Below are positions 62,780-64,000 of a DNA stretch of 64,000 nt, piece after piece. Below the pieces are notes generated by a model that was not told the DNA's origin, did no database searches, and was given only the letters and a program-made list of their open reading frames with translations. Source of the stretch: Candidatus Latescibacterota bacterium (lineage in GTDB: Bacteria > Latescibacterota > UBA2968); assembly GCA_965198115.1 (NCBI GenBank), contig OZ240241.1, positions 4,512,001-4,576,000 on the forward strand, written 5' to 3'. Each line of letters starts with the position of its first letter. The stretch's first letter is position 1. The translations under genes and the position numbers were made by a program.

Positions 62780-63316
62780 TCACTGAATGCGGCGCCACGT
62801 GTCCTTGAAGGTGTCGGTGTAGGTCGCCGTCATCACTCCATCGCCAAAGACTTCGGTGTAGCCGTCGTCGCCAGGAAGCGTACCCCCCGCGGCATCCTTC
62901 TTGGCGTGGTGATACGTGATTTTACCGTCTTCGATCGACGCTTTGCCTTTTTCCGTCTTGGCTCGGACGTAGTGGCTCAGCCCTTCGCGATCTCGATAAC
63001 CACGCTGAACGAGTGCGTGGCGTTTGCGCGTGATCGCCGACGTCGAAATCTCATACGTGCTCGCCGCGTAGTCGAAAATCTGCTTGTCCTCGCGGTTCTG
63101 GATCACCGTCACCGAAACGTGGGCCTTGCGGGCGTCGATCGGGTTCCAATGCATCAAGCCCTCGATGGCGGGTGGGCGAATCGTGCGCCCGTCTGCGAGC
63201 TCCCGCGAGTCGAGCGCCCACGTCCCCTTGCAGGCATCCTGCATCTGGCTCAACCGATCGCTGCAACCCGTTGCCATCAGCAAGGCGATAATAAACGTCA
63301 GCGTGGCTCTTCGCAT
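62780..63316 (-). CDS. Hypothetical lipoprotein (lipocalin-like)
   Basis: GGAGGAG SD; lipobox MATGC; GTW motif. Confidence 0.7.
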   Translation of the reverse strand: MRRATLTFIIALLMATGCSDRLSQMQDACKGTWALDSRELADGRTIRPPAIEGLMHWNPIDARKAHVSVTVIQNREDKQIFDYAASTYEISTSAITRKRHALVQRGYRDREGLSHYVRAKTEKGKASIEDGKITYHHAKKDAAGGTLPGDDGYTEVFGDGVMTATYTDTFKDTWRRIQ

Positions 63317-63493
63317 AGCTCCTCCAGGTCGAACCGTCCTGTCACTCTTCGATATCCACTCACCGAGCGGCGTCAAGATAGCCACACACGCGGACGAGGT
63401 CAACGATCTCGACCCGAATCACCACGCGTGCCTTTCCAACGGGCCAGATCCGCTTGAGGGGCGAACCGCAACCCGTCAGTCGAGTGACCGCGG

Positions 63494-64000
63494 TCAGCCC
63501 TTCGTGATGACGAACGTGTTGTCGCGCTCGTAACTGACGGACTCGAGCACGTCGGTTACGGTAACGCGAAGACGGTAGGTCCCCGGTTCGGTTCCGCTGA
63601 CATCGATCTGTACCGTTTCGTACTCGACCGACGCAGCACCGGTCCGTTCGTAGGAGATCTCGATGACCTTGCGCCCCCCGTCTGTGACGGCACGGGCGAT
63701 TTCACCGACGATCTTCGCGGCCAGGTTTCCGCCGTCCACAGGCTCCACCGTGTAGTCTACGCGGTATCGATTCTGATCGAATTCATCCCTCGAAAGACCG
63801 TAGATCTCGTAGTAGAGCGTGACCACTTCACCCGGCCCGTACGTGCGCCCGGGGCGTGGCACCACGCGCATACCGTCCTTGGTCGCCGCCCCTGCTTCAA
63901 GATCGACGCGAGAGGCGAATTCCAGGTCGCTCAGCCTCAGCGAGTCCGGTTCGTAAACGCTGACTGGAAGGGGTGTCTCAGTTCGTGGGAATGTCGAGCA
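63494..64000 (-). CDS. C-terminal part of a GWxTD-type domain protein (runs off window edge)
   Basis: LSDL..A, VPRPGRTY, LYYEIYGL..D....RYRVDY and PGTYRLRVTVTD resemble GWxTD protein C-termini; the GWxTD motif itself lies outside the window. Confidence 0.6.
   Translation of the reverse strand, partial: CSTFPRTETPLPVSVYEPDSLRLSDLEFASRVDLEAGAATKDGMRVVPRPGRTYGPGEVVTLYYEIYGLSRDEFDQNRYRVDYTVEPVDGGNLAAKIVGEIARAVTDGGRKVIEISYERTGAASVEYETVQIDVSGTEPGTYRLRVTVTDVLESVSYERDNTFVITKG

Overview
A GC-rich bacterial chromosomal window, probably from an FCB-group lineage such as Latescibacterota. This is inferred from FlgD-Ig/CTD-type C-terminal sorting domains, dockerin-like EF-hands, DUF6785-like and GWxTD-like proteins, and several sulfatases and PhyH dioxygenases. 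In order it contains: modC'/modB; a flagellar cluster (flgB, SLT, fliE-F-H-I-J, MotE-like, flhG, fliA, HDOD, HK, FliK-like) that lacks flgC and fliG and joins a fliK-like N-terminus directly to the last ~40 codons of flhF; a cohesin/dockerin-bearing FG-GAP/ASPIC surface protein with a cohesin-dockerin partner; an LRR lipoprotein; smc; a catabolic run (enolase superfamily, IadA-like, LeuB-like, M20, MDR); sulfatases; RR/PP2C; NTT-HEAT-cNMP; 1-Cys Prx; four PhyH genes; a GxxExxY mini-element; ISL3; IS630; MFS; creatininase; PcfJ; an ECF sigma; a methyltransferase; and lepB. About 20 frameshifts or stops are scattered across the window, most likely sequencing errors. The best leads are: (1) an M20 amidohydrolase with in-frame TGA at the metal-binding Cys, followed by an E. 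coli-type SECIS geometry; (2) an ~84-nt promoter-to-terminator RNA with two AAGGA-loop hairpins (CsrA-type) upstream of the adhesin; (3) an ~320-nt multi-hairpin RNA between a canonical sigma70 promoter and a terminator; (4) three PhyH paralogues with HxG in place of HxD (halogenase-like). No rRNA, tRNA or CRISPR array was seen.
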